DNA from: Octopus vulgaris
Lineage: Eukaryota
Length of the DNA: 64,000 nucleotides
NCBI GenBank assembly: GCA_951406725.2
Contig: OX597825.1
Location: 40,238,001-40,302,000, forward strand
Direction: 5' to 3'
In this document: one piece after another, positions 25,727 to 39,510 of the stretch
Layout of the letters: each line of letters opens with the position of its first letter
Position numbering within the stretch: the first letter of the stretch is position 1
Position numbers and translations under genes: made by a program
Notes under the pieces: model-generated
The model's database searches: none
Seen by the model: only the letters and a program-made list of their open reading frames with translations
Told to the model about the DNA's origin: nothing

Positions 25727-28340
25727 TACGAAGGTAAGGACAATGAGAAACTAGAAAATGTAGTAGGAAAATATGGAGTTCTTGGTCGAAATAAGAGTGG
25801 AACGTGATTACTAGAAATGTGTATGGAGCAGGAATTGTTGGTGGAGAATAGCCTTTTCAAAACGTAGGAGAATAAGTTCAGATGGTGGAGGGTGGGGGGA
25901 GGAAAATAGTGGATAGTGTCTTCATGGATTATGTATCAATTGATAAGATAGTAGCAGGAAGGTTTGTGGATATGCATGTTATGAGTGGTGAAGGAATGCC
26001 AGATCACTTCTTAGTACAGGGTAAGTTGAAAGTGTGCTCAAAATGGAATGGTAGACGAGTGAAAAGGAAAGAGATAGGTGAATAGGAACAGGTTAAGAAA
26101 CAGAAGGAGTGGGAGGCTTTAGAGGGGCAGTAATGAGCTGTGCCTCTGGGGTATGTGGTACATGAGTGGTTGGAATGGGCATGAGGAAAGGTCGCGAGTG
26201 GTGGAATGAGCAGGTAAGAGATTCGGTGGCAGAGAAGAAAGTGACCTTTGAAGAGTGGTTGCAGAAAAGGGATGGAGAAGCTGATGATTGATAGAGGAAA
26301 GTGAAGAGGAGAGTAAGGAGAGTGGTGAGAGTATCGAAATAGGAGGCGAGTGAAAGGTTCACGAAAAAGCTGAGTGAAAATTTTGTAAGAAGTAAAAAGA
26401 TTTTCGGAAAGAGGTACAACGGTTAAGAAAGGTGGTTAGAGGAAGGGAGGAAAGGGTGAGGGTGGTAAATGGAAATTTATTGAAAATACATTTGTACAAA
26501 GGAGATGCAGCAGGGTATTTTCGTGAGCTATTAAATGTGGATGATGTTAGGGAGTCAAGTGTAGTGGCTGTAGGAGGAGGGGGAGAATGACTGTTGTCGG
26601 GGAATGGAACTATGGTGCAATTGAAAGGAAGGAGATGAAGAAATCCTTTTGGGAGTTTGCAAATCGGGAGGTGCTAGGTATATATGGGTGTACAGTGGAA
26701 TGCCTAAAGAAAGGAGTGATACTGATTAAAAGGGGGAGTGACAGTGAGACTTATGGATGTTTGTTATATGGCTAGAAGAGTACCAAAAAACTGGTGCAGT
26801 GCCTGTACAAGGGAAAAGGGCGTAAATGTGAGTGTAGAAATTTCAGGCGTATAAGTCTGTTATGCGTGGGTTAGTAAACTGTATAGGATATTTCTAATTG
26901 TAAAGGTGAAGAACCAGGCACAGAGTGTACTAGAGAAGAAGCAGTGCGGTTTTAGGAGTGGAAGTGTTGTGCAGATCAAATATTTGTAGCAATCCAGATG
27001 TGTGAGAAGTCTTCGGCAAAAGGCAGGGATGTATATTGGTATTTTACGGACCTAAAGAAGGCATATGACATGTGGATAGGGATACAAAAGCGGCAGGTAT
27101 TGCAGTTGCAGTGAGTAGATGGTAGATTGTTGAGAGCTGTATAGAGTTTTATAGGGAAAATATGGCGTGCGTTAGGGCGGGTGGTGAAGTAAGTGAATGG
27201 TTTGATGTGAAAGTGGGGTTAAGACAGGGTTGTGTGATGTTACCGTGGATGATTAATTTACATATGGATGGTGTGGTAGGAGAGGTAAATGCTAGAACCT
27301 TTGGTAGGGTAGCACAAATGGTGGGGGAAAATGGAGGAAAATGCCAGTTGAGTCAGTAGTTGTTTCCTGATGGTACAGCACTGGTGGCGGATTCGGAAGA
27401 GTAACTGAGGAGACTGGTGATAGAGCTTGGAAGAGGGTATGACAGGAGAAAACTGAAAGTGAATGTAGCTAAGACTAAGGTAATGAGATGTTCGAGAAAT
27501 GGAATGGTTGGTAGGACGAATGTGAGTATAAATGGGGAAAATTTTGAAGAAGGTGTTTTTAAGTATCTGGGATTACATGATAGCGGATGGAGTGTTGGCT
27601 GAGGAAGGGGGATATAGGGTGAGGGAAGGGAGTAAGATAATTGGAATTGTGAAAGGTATGTTGAGAGATAAAAGGTTGGGTATGAAAGGAAAAAAGGGAT
27701 ATGTATGAGGGCGTCATTGTGCTGACAATGTTTTATGGTGCAGAGACGTAGGGTCTGAGAGAGGCAAAATGGAGGCAATGAGATGTGTTTCAGATAAGAT
27801 GTCTGAGAGTTATAGTTGGTGTGACACGGATGGAGAGGATGAGGAATAAACGGGTGCAAAGACGAGCAGAGTGAGAGAAGAACTAACAACCAAAATGGAT
27901 AGAAGAATGTTGAGGCTGTTTAGGCACATGAGAAGGTGGATGCGCAACGGATTGTAAAGGGAGTAAGGAAGGCAGATATGATAGGCAGCAGAACTAGATG
28001 CAGACCTCGGTTTGTGTGGATGGATAGAGCGAGGAAAGCTTTGGTATTTAGAGATGTTGGAGTGAGAGGCAGCAGTGTTTATAAATGATAGGAAAGCTTG
28101 TGGACTGTTTGTGGACGGATGAGTGAATTTGATGTTTCACAGAGGGGTAAGGAACCAGCATGATTTGGCGGGAGTGAGCCAGCATATGCAGTCGCGCCCC
28201 GCTGATGATTTTGGGGTTTGCGTTCTATGCTTTAACCCGAGAATTAAACAGGGTTCGCATCTTTGATATGGGAAATGAATGGAATGCCTGGTGTGTGTCT
28301 TGTAGCTACACTTTCCTAAAGAATGGGGAATAGGCCTTGA
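25727..28340 (+). mobile_element. RTE-type LINE (APE endonuclease C-terminus + RT), decayed
   Basis: VVGKYG..RNKSG, MDYV, PDHFLV, NFRRISLL, QCGFRSG, DLKKAYD, GLRQGCVMLPW, LFPDGTAL, LKVNVAKTKVM, FKYLG. Confidence 0.9.
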
Positions 28341-28941
28341 TATATATTTATATATAAAGAAAACAATAGCTGATAGTTAGATATGCTCAGTTTAGAAAAC
28401 AAGTAGTAGTGGTGAAATGATTTGAAACTGAACTCTCCATCAATGAATAGGACCACAGGGTCAAGAGAAATTCAGTCGGGCTAATGTGGAAATGGTGATG
28501 CAGTTAGCATCGCTGGTGATGTGGCCAACTTTTTCATCTGATTTTGAATTTAACTCCACTTAGCCCTTTATGTAAAATCCTCTTGATTTCTTATAGATAG
28601 CTACCTATATATCTGCCAGGCTGTCTATCTATGATGTCCTATATAAATGCCGTGTCAAATGAAAAACAAATAATGTTCTATTCTAAACGAAATAGAAAAA
28701 CCATCTGTTTCATATAAAAGAACAAACTGTTTGCGCATTCACAATTTTATTTGACAAGTTCGACAACGAACGAAGACGCTAATAATAATAATGAATAAAT
28801 AAAAAATATTTTTCCAAAATTATGACGACCTCGTTTTTTCACAATATAGAATATCTGAACGCCACTTCTAACACGCACACACACACACACACTGTCTCTC
28901 TCTCTCTTTACACGCACACACACACATAAACACACACACAC

Positions 28942-29049
<108 letters not shown>

Positions 29050-31724
29050 AAATTTGGTTGAAGCAACTGAATGGCTAAATGGCCGAGATTTTCGTAAGTT
29101 GACACTTAGCATAGATACATATATATTTGAATTCCACTTAAATATGGATATTTTGTTAGAACACAGGGGACTGCAACATTTACAATGAAAGAAATGTTCA
29201 TATGGTCGTTTGGTGACTATAAATAATATTATCTCTGAATTGCGATGTAAGAAAGAGTGCTTATATCACCCAAAACATAGTATGAGACGTTCTGTAATAC
29301 TGCCAAGTATGGCAGAATCCTGCGTTCTGACACAACATAGACTTTTAGTGGGGATAAATATTTACTGATGACATTAATACTGCTTCTGTCACTACTAATT
29401 ATATATATATAATAGGGTGGAGACAACATTGTTTAGGTACTAAGAATCAGATTTAGAGTCCACTGTATCTTATCGCAGAATCAGCTCTAAGCTCATGACT
29501 TTCATAAGTTTATCGCTTATACTTTTACGATCAGGTTTGTCTTACATGCATACATATATGTGTGTGTCTAATGAGGATAGATAGATACAGAGAGAGAGAG
29601 AAGGGGGAAGGAAGAGAGAATGAGAAATAGATTAACAGCTAGATTAATAGAAATAGAATGGGATAAAATGAGAAAGGAATTTGCATCTGCGTGTCGAAAT
29701 TTTTTCATGTTACACGTTGGTTTTTTCAACGAATGATAGGCATGTTCCCTTCATGGGGCGGGCCTATAAGATTATGTTACACACATACGTGTGTTTGTCA
29801 AAATGGACTCTTTCTTCCCTTCTGAAATTCAATCAATAATTTTAAAATTTCGTTTTTGACATAAATGTTGCGCAATTATTTCCAGTATATATGTTGCAAA
29901 ATTTATGCCCAAGAAAACGTTATTTGTCAACGATTGCAAATAAATGTCGGTAAAGAATTCCTCCATCAACTGAGACATAATACTCATGAGACTATAACAA
30001 TTGCATTATATTTACAAATTGGAAATTGAAATTAGACGCTAAATTAATATTGTCGTTACTCTTGTATTTGAGTTGGGGTATTCCAGGACTATGAACCTTT
30101 TTATGTACTTGGATATTTGCTCTGAAAATTTCAAAACCTACCCCACCTTAGCTCTAAGATGCAAATTTGAGAATTATTGACTACTCAACGAAGGATTATA
30201 TTGCAGCATATAATATTTATCTCCAAACGTTTTGGAACACCATTTCACAAGCTAAAAGTTTAATTCCAAAAGCGATGGTAAAATTTTTTATGTAGCTCAT
30301 GTCCACTTAATATATTCTAAAGCGTATCTTCTATGCCGTTTCTCTATTCATACAATTCACGATAAATTTCCACCGCGGAAATCGACTATAATACAAAATT
30401 TCTTTCTCTACGATGAAATACATTACTGTCAAAGAGTCATAACATACGAAATTTCATATATCCTATATCAAGAAAAATAAAACATAATAGGGGCGGCATA
30501 TATCAGAATTCGCAATGTATATCATAAAACGAACATGAGCTTAAATATAAGCATCAGTTAAATATGTAGATATTTGGTAAGTAGTACCATCATACATGGG
30601 AATATTTTTACTTACCGCCACAATTAAGCTACACTTGATATTAATTCTGAGTGCGAAAATTCATTAAGAAAAGAATATTCATATTTTATGCTTAGGGAAA
30701 GTTATGGTGTGAGGTGTCTCTTCCATAATTTTCATAAATTCGTTCTTTCAAATGCAATATATATTTTCAAATTACTTCTGCTGCTTTTCGCTCTCAGTGT
30801 AGTCATATGGCAAATATATAGAACAAATTTAGATGCATGCGCTAAATAGAGGACATACAGCTAAAGCAATAAGTATGAAAAATTTCGTTGAAAGGAAAAA
30901 ATAATATGAAATAAAAAAAAGTTTTGTTTTACTAGGTCATTATTGTCTTACAGGAATGGAGCAGATAAAAAAATCAATGAATTCATTTCTCAAACGTATA
31001 CCCTGCGGTGTTTTAGTAAAAACGAAGAAAATATACATTGTATTTTGAAGATATTCTCTGCAACGCCCCCAAATATATACGCTACATTATGCTTTAACTA
31101 AACATATCTTACTGTCAAATTACTTTTCGTAGAAAAGTTAGTAAAACAAATGAGATAAAATTTAGAAAAACCTGTAGAGAAGAACAGAAAGGATACAAAT
31201 TATATGCATTTATTTTTGAAACTAGAATATCAGTAGCTGAATATTCTTTACATGGCATGAACAAAATATTTGAATTTATACGTTTATTTTCTATGAGTCA
31301 GGTTTTTCTATATTTCTGCATTACTGAGAAGACATAGATGTATGTTTGCATGTATGTATACATGTATGTATATATGTATATATATATATGAATGTTTAGA
31401 TGCACATATATATACATGCATGTATGCAAGAATCTATGTATATTTCTCATTCTTTCCATGCATATATAGAGTACGCATTATAATCGAATATACTTGGTTA
31501 ATAGTTACAATGATTACGGTGTCTATTGGGAAAATAGACACCGCTGATACGTTTTACGTCACACACCATCAATATAGATTCGCATATATACTTTTATATA
31601 CACTTATATAGCTATATAGTTATCTATCTGAGCATCTATCAATACATCTCCCTCCCCTCTTTGTATACATACATGTATACATATGTATATACATATGTGT
31701 CTACATACATATATATACATATAT

Positions 31725-31900
31725 AGGGAGACTTCACAAAAAAGAACAAAAGACGAAGACAGGCGGTGTAGACAACAAACATATGTATTTGTATAATGCT
31801 CGGGAAGTGAAACATTTTTTAACGTTTCGAGCCTACACTTTTCCACAGAAAGGAGCACAGAAAGGAAATAAAAATGGGTAGTGACTAGCGATCTGTCACA
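31725..31900 (-). repeat. Copy of the short PLE-like repeat
   Basis: TAACGTTTCGAGCCTACACTTTTCCACAG; GGTGTAGACAACAAACA shared with the copy at 34732. Confidence 0.65.
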
Positions 31901-32033
31901 CACACATATATACATATATATTTATACATAACTGTATATATAAATATATATACATACATTTATATAAATGCATATATATGTACACACGCACACACATACA
32001 TGCACACACATACAAACACGCCCACACACACAC

Positions 32034-32066
<33 letters not shown>

Positions 32067-32283
32067 TATATACACATACACACATGTATATATCATGAGT
32101 GTTCCACAGACTCCTGTCACTCTGTACATAAACTTGAAAATTTTGCAAGTTTGAGCAATAGTTTTTTTTTTCCGTCGGTTTCTCGTTGCAATATATATTG
32201 AGTATCATAGGGCAGTAGATCTGCTTCCGTGATATTTCTTCGTGTCTGCATAGAAACGGCAGACGGCATGTAAATAATGTATA

Positions 32284-32687
32284 CTCTCTCTTTCTTTTTA
32301 CTCTTTTACTTGTTTCAGTCATTTGACAGCGGCCATGCTGGAGCACCGCCTTTAGTCGAGCAAATCGACCCCGAGACTTATTCTTTGTAAGCCCAGTACT
32401 TATTCTATCGGTCTCTTTACGGGGACGTAAACACACCAGCATCGGTTGTCAAGCAATGCTAGGGGGACAAACACAGATACACAAACATATACACACACAC
32501 ATACATATATATATACATATATACGACAGGCTTCTTTCAGTTTCCGTCTACCAAATCCACTCACAAGGCATTGGTCGGCCCGGGGCTATAGCAGAAGACA
32601 CTTGTCCAAGATGCCACACAGTGGGACTGAACCCGGAACCATGTGGCTGGTTAGCAAGCTACTTACCACACATACACTCCTGCGCCT
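32284..32687 (-). mobile_element. tRNA-derived SINE family A, near full length
   Basis: Reverse complement head AGGCGCAGGAG..GTGGTAAGTAGC..GGTTCAGTCCC; body GGATTTGGTAGACGGAAACTGAAAGAAGCC; tail ACTGAAACAAGTAAAAGAG. Confidence 0.9.
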
Positions 32688-33068
32688 ACAATAAAAATGT
32701 AGAAGATTTTATTATGTATCTCATGTAACACGGAAGTGTATATAGAAACGTATTTTTCTTCCGGTTGAAATTAAAGCACGTCAGTTCTTCAAGCAATATA
32801 TGGATATCGCTTCAGAAGATTTATTATAAAAGAACAATTTTCAACAAAGATACAAATTAAATATATTTAGACAGTGTAGATACAGGAATAAATAACCATA
32901 AATAAAACAAAGCAAAACTAGCGCAACATACGACATAAGTAACAATAACAACCATGTTGATGACAGAGACTCTCATTGTTGGAATGGTGAATTAGTTAAC
33001 AGTCAGGCTTAAAATTTGCTGACGATGCTGGTATATTTCCTATCTGCATGGAGATAATTATTAAACCT

Positions 33069-33177
<109 letters not shown>

Positions 33178-33283
33178 ATGTAATGTATATATAATTATTA
33201 TTTGAGGGAATAAAATCCAAACTAACAAGGAAAAGAATTTAATTTAGAAAAACTAAATCAAATTCCACACAATGTAATATGTA

Positions 33284-33587
33284 TCTTTATATATAAAACT
33301 AAATTTGTGTGTGTGTGTGTGTGTCTACCCCGATTTAGATGCCTAACTACTCCCACATTTTGCGATGCAGTTTAACCAAAAGCGGGTATCTTATAGTCGT
33401 GATTCATATCGAGCCCTTCTGGGTATTAGCGCGAGTTTACGATGAGTGTATTATTTTAAAAAATATTACCATCATTTTTCCGCATTTTTAATGATTCTTG
33501 CTCGGTTATATAAGGGAGGTAACTCTCTAAAATACTTATATAGTTGTTTCCCTTACAAACCCGAGCAACGCCGGGCGATACTGCTAG
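33284..33587 (+). mobile_element. Non-autonomous Helitron
   Basis: A|TCTTTATATATAAA 5' end, internal (GT)n, hairpin CCCGAGCAACGCCGGG 33560-33575, 3' CTAG|T; inserted at an AT site. Confidence 0.8.
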
Positions 33588-33589
33588 TT

Positions 33590-33790
33590 TATATATAATT
33601 AGAAAAAAAAACTTTTATCAATTCAAACTGAACAATTAAATTACACCATCTAGAAAATTACATATAAGAGAAAGTTAAAATTAAAATAAATTAAATTTAA
33701 ATTTAAATTTAAATTTTAACTTTTCTATTGTAGGTAATTTAATTGTTCATTTGGAATTGATAAAACGTGTTTTTTCTAATTTTTTATATA
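33590..33790. repeat. Imperfect AT-rich palindrome next to TA-rich repeats
   Basis: TTTTATCAATTCAAACTGAACAATTAAATTAC pairs with GTAATTTAATTGTTCATTTGGAATTGATAAAA. Confidence 0.75.
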
Positions 33791-34439
33791 ATGTATATAT
33801 ATATATGTATGTATATGTATATATAAATATATCTACATTTATGCATGTATATGTATATATAAATATATATATATATACGTGTATATATATACGTATATAC
33901 ACATATGTTTATATATATGGGTGCGTATGTGTTTGCGTGTAAATGCGTGTGTGTGTGCGCGCATGTCCTTGCGTGTGCGTGCGTGTATATTTGTGTGTGA
34001 GTATATATTTATTTAGATACTAGAATATGATACAAAGTGTTGGTTCAAACCCGTATGGTGTAGCTTTTACGTACAAATAAATAAAGGATAATAATATAGA
34101 ATGAAATGTATATCTACGTCGTATTTTATACGGGACACATTGGAATGGAATTGTGAAAAATTTGATATCTTCAATTTGCAGTCATTTATCAGGTGTGTTT
34201 CTATAAAAACAAAAACGTCGTTCCATTTTGATTATGTTCTTTCTGTCGTCTAAAATTCTCTGTAACCAATTTGTTTATTTATCCTCATATTCTAAACCAT
34301 ATACGTTAAAGACACGTGTTGTATTTTTAGCTGCTTCTTTTAAAATCTTTGTCAGTATATTTTATTTTATTCTGGAAACATGATCAAATTATTTCGGTAT
34401 ATTTATTTCTCATGAATATTACCTATTATGTAAATGTCT

Positions 34440-34730
34440 CTAAAGTCGATTTTGCCTTTCATTTTATCAGTGCCAAAAGAACGTAACAGCTGAGCATCTG
34501 GGACGATGAGATTGCCGTTTCTTCTATCCCTGAACTGGGGGTCTCTTCCCGAAGTTTGAAATGAATATTGCCTATGAAATTTAACGCCTCGCGTTGGCAG
34601 AATCACACAAGACAAAATGCTTAGCGGCATTTTCTTCCTGATTTATATTGTAAGTCAAAATGAACCCTGCGCCAATTTTGCCTTTAATTCCTTTCCGTAT
34701 CGCTAAAATAAGTACCAATTGAACTCTAGG
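34440..34730 (+). mobile_element. Two partial SINE family B copies in tandem
   Basis: GTCGATTTTGCCTTTCATT; TGGCAGAATC..AAATGCTTAGCGGCATTT..TAAGTACCA. Confidence 0.65.
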
Positions 34731-34731
34731 A

Positions 34732-34990
34732 TGGTGTAGACAACAAACAGATATATTAGTTTAACGCTCGGGAAGGGAAACCGTCTTTAGCGTTTCAAGC
34801 CTATGCTCTTCCACAGAATCGAACACAGAAAGAAACAAGGGGAGAAAATAAAGAATGTGTAGTGGCTAACGATCTATCATGGCAGATGCCGGCCAATGGG
34901 ATCACACAGGAATGCTAGGAAGAAAGGGAGATAATAAAGTAGTGCTGATCCCAAAACGAAGGTGTCGTGCGTGTGGAAGAGGGCTTATGA
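34732..34990 (-). repeat. Copy of the short PLE-like repeat
   Basis: TAGCGTTTCAAGCCTATGCTCTTCCACAG; similarity to 31725-31900. Confidence 0.65.
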
Positions 34991-35889
34991 ACTTGACGTA
35001 TGTGTGTGTGCATGTGTATGAGTATATATATATATATATAGTTTATATTATGAAAGATGTCTATGTTTGATTTCATTCATTGGTATTATTTAGAACAAAT
35101 TCAATAGCTATTTCAGAAATATTTGTTTGTTTTCTTTTAGATGAGTCAACTTGGAGTGCCCGTTATTGTATTACATGAACAGATACATATCAATTGTATG
35201 TACATATATGCATATGGATACGTATTTTATGTTACACAATGTTTTGTTCTTATGAAAAGTTGTATACCCAGACTTAAGGTTATACACATGTAGGTAGCTG
35301 TAGATAGATTTATATGTAAAGTATGAGTGACTTTGGGAGCGAATACGAGAAATTTTGTACGTTATATTTCCACTAATCAAGTTCCGACCATAAGTAACCA
35401 AGACTACCTTGTAAGCTATATTTCATTGTTTAATTAGATATATTATCTGCTATAGCTTAGGTTGTAGTCGCTCCAATTTTACTCAAAAAAGCCTGATTAG
35501 TTCTGCTTTCTTCTTTCTTCGATTCCCTGACGAAAATAAAAGTGCTATTTTTTGTGACTCTTCCATAGCTAACGTCCTCTATAGTTCATTCTAATTTGAA
35601 ACTCAGATCTGACAACTGACCAATATTGGTAAATAATTATCGATTAAATTAGTATCTTTTAAGTACTGGGGCCGATTCCTTCGACAAAAGCATGACTACA
35701 ATCTAATGACTGAAACTTTTAAAATCTGGTGTTTGAAAGTAATTATGACTTTTTTTTACTTAACACTTGTCGTCCAATGCACTAGTATACAGTGAATCAT
35801 CTATAAAGGTTATGCATTTTATGATGCTATAATAATATGACAAAATAAATCACTTCCTTCATTGTGCACTCGAGTAAACACGCTGTAAA

Positions 35890-36945
35890 ACATACTCTTC
35901 CTGTCGCTGTTTTCTTTGTTTAGGTTCAGGGCTAGATATAGGGTTAGGATTAGAGGTAATGTTAGGGTTAGAGATAAGATTAGTGTTGAGGTTAGACTTA
36001 GGATTCGGGTTAGGATTAGTTTTAGGGTTAGGGTTAAATATGTTTTTGCTTTTCTCACTTTTCTTGTTGCTGTGTTCTTTGTTTATGTTTACTGTTAGAG
36101 TTAAGGCTTAGGTTAGGGCTAAGGTTAGGGTTAGTATTAGGGCGGACTTTTTTCTAATTTTTCTGTTGCTTAGGGTTAGAATTAGGGATAGGGTTAGTGT
36201 CAGTGTTAGAGTTAGAGTTGGATGTCATTTTAGCCATTATAACATTTTTTCTGAATTTGTGTTCTTTTATTAGTGCTAGGGTTAGGGTTACGGTTATTGC
36301 CAGGGTTAGGCTTAATGCTAGGGTTCGGTTAGGGCTTGAGCTACAGTTAGGATTAGGGTTGGATGTGTTTTTTGCGCTTTGTACTTTTCCTCTTGCTGTG
36401 TTCTTTGGTTAGATTTAAGGTTAACGTAAAGGTTAGACCTAGGGCTAGGAATAATGATAGGTTTGGTGTTAGTATTAGGATTGAATGTGTTTTAACCCTT
36501 ATCACATTTTCTGTTGCTGTGTTCTTTGTCTAAGGCATGGGTTACAGTTAGGTGTTTAAAGTTAGTGTTAAGATAAATGTTAGGGTTAGACGTGTATTTA
36601 GCCAGTGATACTTTTCCTGTTGCTGTGTATTTTTGCTAAGGTTAAGGTTAGGTTTAGGATTTACAGGATAGGGTAAATATTTGTGTTAGGGTAAGATGGG
36701 AATTTAGCCGTTGATAGTTTTTCTATTGGTATGATTTTTGGTTATGGTTAGAGTTAGTTTTAGGGATAGGGATGGGTTATGGTTAGTGTTAGGGTTAGAG
36801 TTTTCCTGCTGCAGTCTTCTTTGTTTAGGGTTGGTATTAGTGCTAGGATTAGGGTTAGAGTTAGGGTTAAGGTTAAGGTTGTTGTTTGCGTTAAGTTTGA
36901 ATGTGTTTTTAGCCCTTGATACCTTAACTGTTGCTGTTGTCTTTG
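35890..36945 (+). repeat. Interstitial TTAGGG-derived higher-order repeat (~10 units)
   Basis: Runs of degenerate TTAGGG alternate with a recurring ~45-bp spacer TGTGTTTTTAGCCCTT..ACTTTTCCTGTTGCTGTGTTCTTTG. Confidence 0.85.
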
Positions 36946-37633
36946 ATTTTGTCACAGAATGCACTCATTATACTCAGTGTTTTGTATTGTGTTCCAACGA
37001 TATACTGTATTAAACATATTATGTCAAATCACTTAAATCGTAGAAGTATATCGACTGTGTATTCAGTTTCACACTATTCAATTAATTCTCATTTATGTAA
37101 TATTTCCGTGTTTAATTATATAATATATAAATTAGACAAACGGAAATAAACAACATTAAATTTTCAATCCAACACCACCACCATACTTCTCGATGCGTAT
37201 ATGTGCGTGCTTCTTTGCTGCAGTTCATATATGTCCATGCAAATGAATGTGTTTTATATGCTTATCTTTGTGAAGAAATGCATGTCTATGTATTATATTA
37301 AATTTTATTAACTTGTTTTTATTATTATGTAAACACATTATTATGCCATTATCTTCTAGACAATGCCATTAATATTCAAGTCGGCATATCTTGTGAATCC
37401 ATTTCATATCGATGTGATGCGAAGTTCGTTGAACATTATTGTTATCAATGTGAGACATATGTCATGTTCAGTAGGGCTTCTAGGATTACGTTATACTCGC
37501 TATCCACGGAAACGGAAGAAATATAAAAAGAAGAAAAAATACGTAAACTTATGATGATTATGAATTACGAAAGCTTTTCTAATATTACGGTCACATTTAT
37601 ACACCAGATTATATGTATGTGTGTGTTACACAT

Positions 37634-37720
<87 letters not shown>

Positions 37721-38699
37721 GATATGTATACAGGTTGGTATATACAGGCATACGTTCGTACATGCACACACATAATACATACATAGATACAATAGTGCAT
37801 GCGTAACACCATCGTGAATAAATAATTCAATATGAGAAATATTCAATGACACAAATGATCAGTATCTTATCAATGTGTGCCCCTCTAAACATGTTGCTGA
37901 GAATATTTTTACAGGAAAATATAGAATCTATGCTATTATTTAATAATACTGGTATAATAAGAATATTGCCCTTTTAGGCTTTGTAAGATATTAATTAGGT
38001 AATAAAATTATAATTTCTTTATGTAGATGACATTTGCTTATAATACGCCGAAATAGATCTCAGCATAATTCCATTTATACTTGAGAGATACGATAATGAT
38101 GTTTGAGTTGTACATTTGAAAACTATACGAACTATACAGGTATGACTGAACTTATTTTTTCATTTCACACTGGATAAATCGTTGTAGAAGTACATCCCAG
38201 ATATTTGAGGGGAAAACACTTCATGTAAAACCATCGTGCCGAACTATTCAAATATCAGTATAAATGTTACGCCTGTTAATTAACCAATTATTTGCTAAAT
38301 TATGTTATATATATCGTAAGAATTCTATGTGAAACCACATCATATATATATATATACTTATCTTCGAGCGTTGCCATTAAAAGGACAACATTACAACGAC
38401 AGCTACTGCGTATACATGTATATGTAAATCAAAAAGCCAATAGAAGACATTGGAAAAGAAAAAAATATATAAAAGATGCATGGTTCATTTTATTTGTATT
38501 ACAAGGGAAAAGTAATGCTTATTCAAAAATTAAAAGATATACCTATAAGAACACATATAAAAGGAAGCGAATCAACCAAACAACCCAAAATATCAAAAAT
38601 AAATTCTACATATGTTTCAATCCGACAATATGTTTCAATATCAATAACTGTCACTTTTATAGATACAACAGACGATATATTGTCAGATATCTTCAGGAA

Positions 38700-39040
38700 A
38701 GTAAGTATAATTTCCAGGACTTCTCCAGCCCTAATTTCCGGTCACCAAATTCCCACTATTGTAAACCTATGAAAAAGACACCAACGGTTCTCTCTACAAC
38801 ACGAAGTCCGAACTGATGGCCAAGATCAAGGATGAGTTCGGAGATCTCATTGGAACACATAGAGAAAGAGGCATGCTCAAGGTTCCGCAACCGTCTTGAA
38901 GACCTTATGGAAGCTGAGAGTGGCTACTTTGAGTAAACTGTTATCTTTCCCTCATAATCTAGTTGATGTCTTTTGATTCTTTAAAAACATCTATTTTTGG
39001 ATGATATATTTTGTTTTATTTTCTTTTTATGCAAACAGTA
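38700..39040 (+). mobile_element. Tc1/mariner transposase C-terminal remnant
   Basis: FQDFSSPNFRSPNS (WPPNSPD-like), ELMAKIKDEF, ACSRFRNRLEDLMEAESGYFE*. Confidence 0.75.
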
Positions 39041-39149
39041 AAATCTAGCCCAAACACTATCTGTTGCGATAGAGGTACCACATTATGCTTTTGCGTAAGT
39101 ATATCACATTATGCTATTTTATGTGTACGTTTTCATCTAGTGTTTGAAC

Positions 39150-39215
<66 letters not shown>

Positions 39216-39510
39216 GTATGCCTGTGTGTATGTATGTATGCAAACTTTACTCTGTTACGCTTTATTCATAGTACGATGACCGAAAACGCATACGAGAAGT
39301 AATTTCTTAACGGTTCGTGGGCTGGTGGTATCCCTTTTAAAAGTTGTACAACTTTTACATTTTTTCTGTAAATGGATTATTATCTCATGCTTTTTGTTGC
39401 CAATAGTATATGTACGGACGCATACATTTTGAGTTAAAGATTTCTAGCCATATGGATGTTATAGCATAAAATATGGTCATTGGGGCACACCTGGAACACA
39501 TTGGCCTTGG

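Noticed and set aside
35890-36945. Telomere fusion site
   Set aside because: No head-to-head TTAGGG/CCCTAA switch; repeats are on one strand and interleaved with spacers
38292-38700. 174-aa ORF as a host gene
   Set aside because: AT-rich, low-information N-terminal part; only the 3' end matches a Tc1-like transposase remnant
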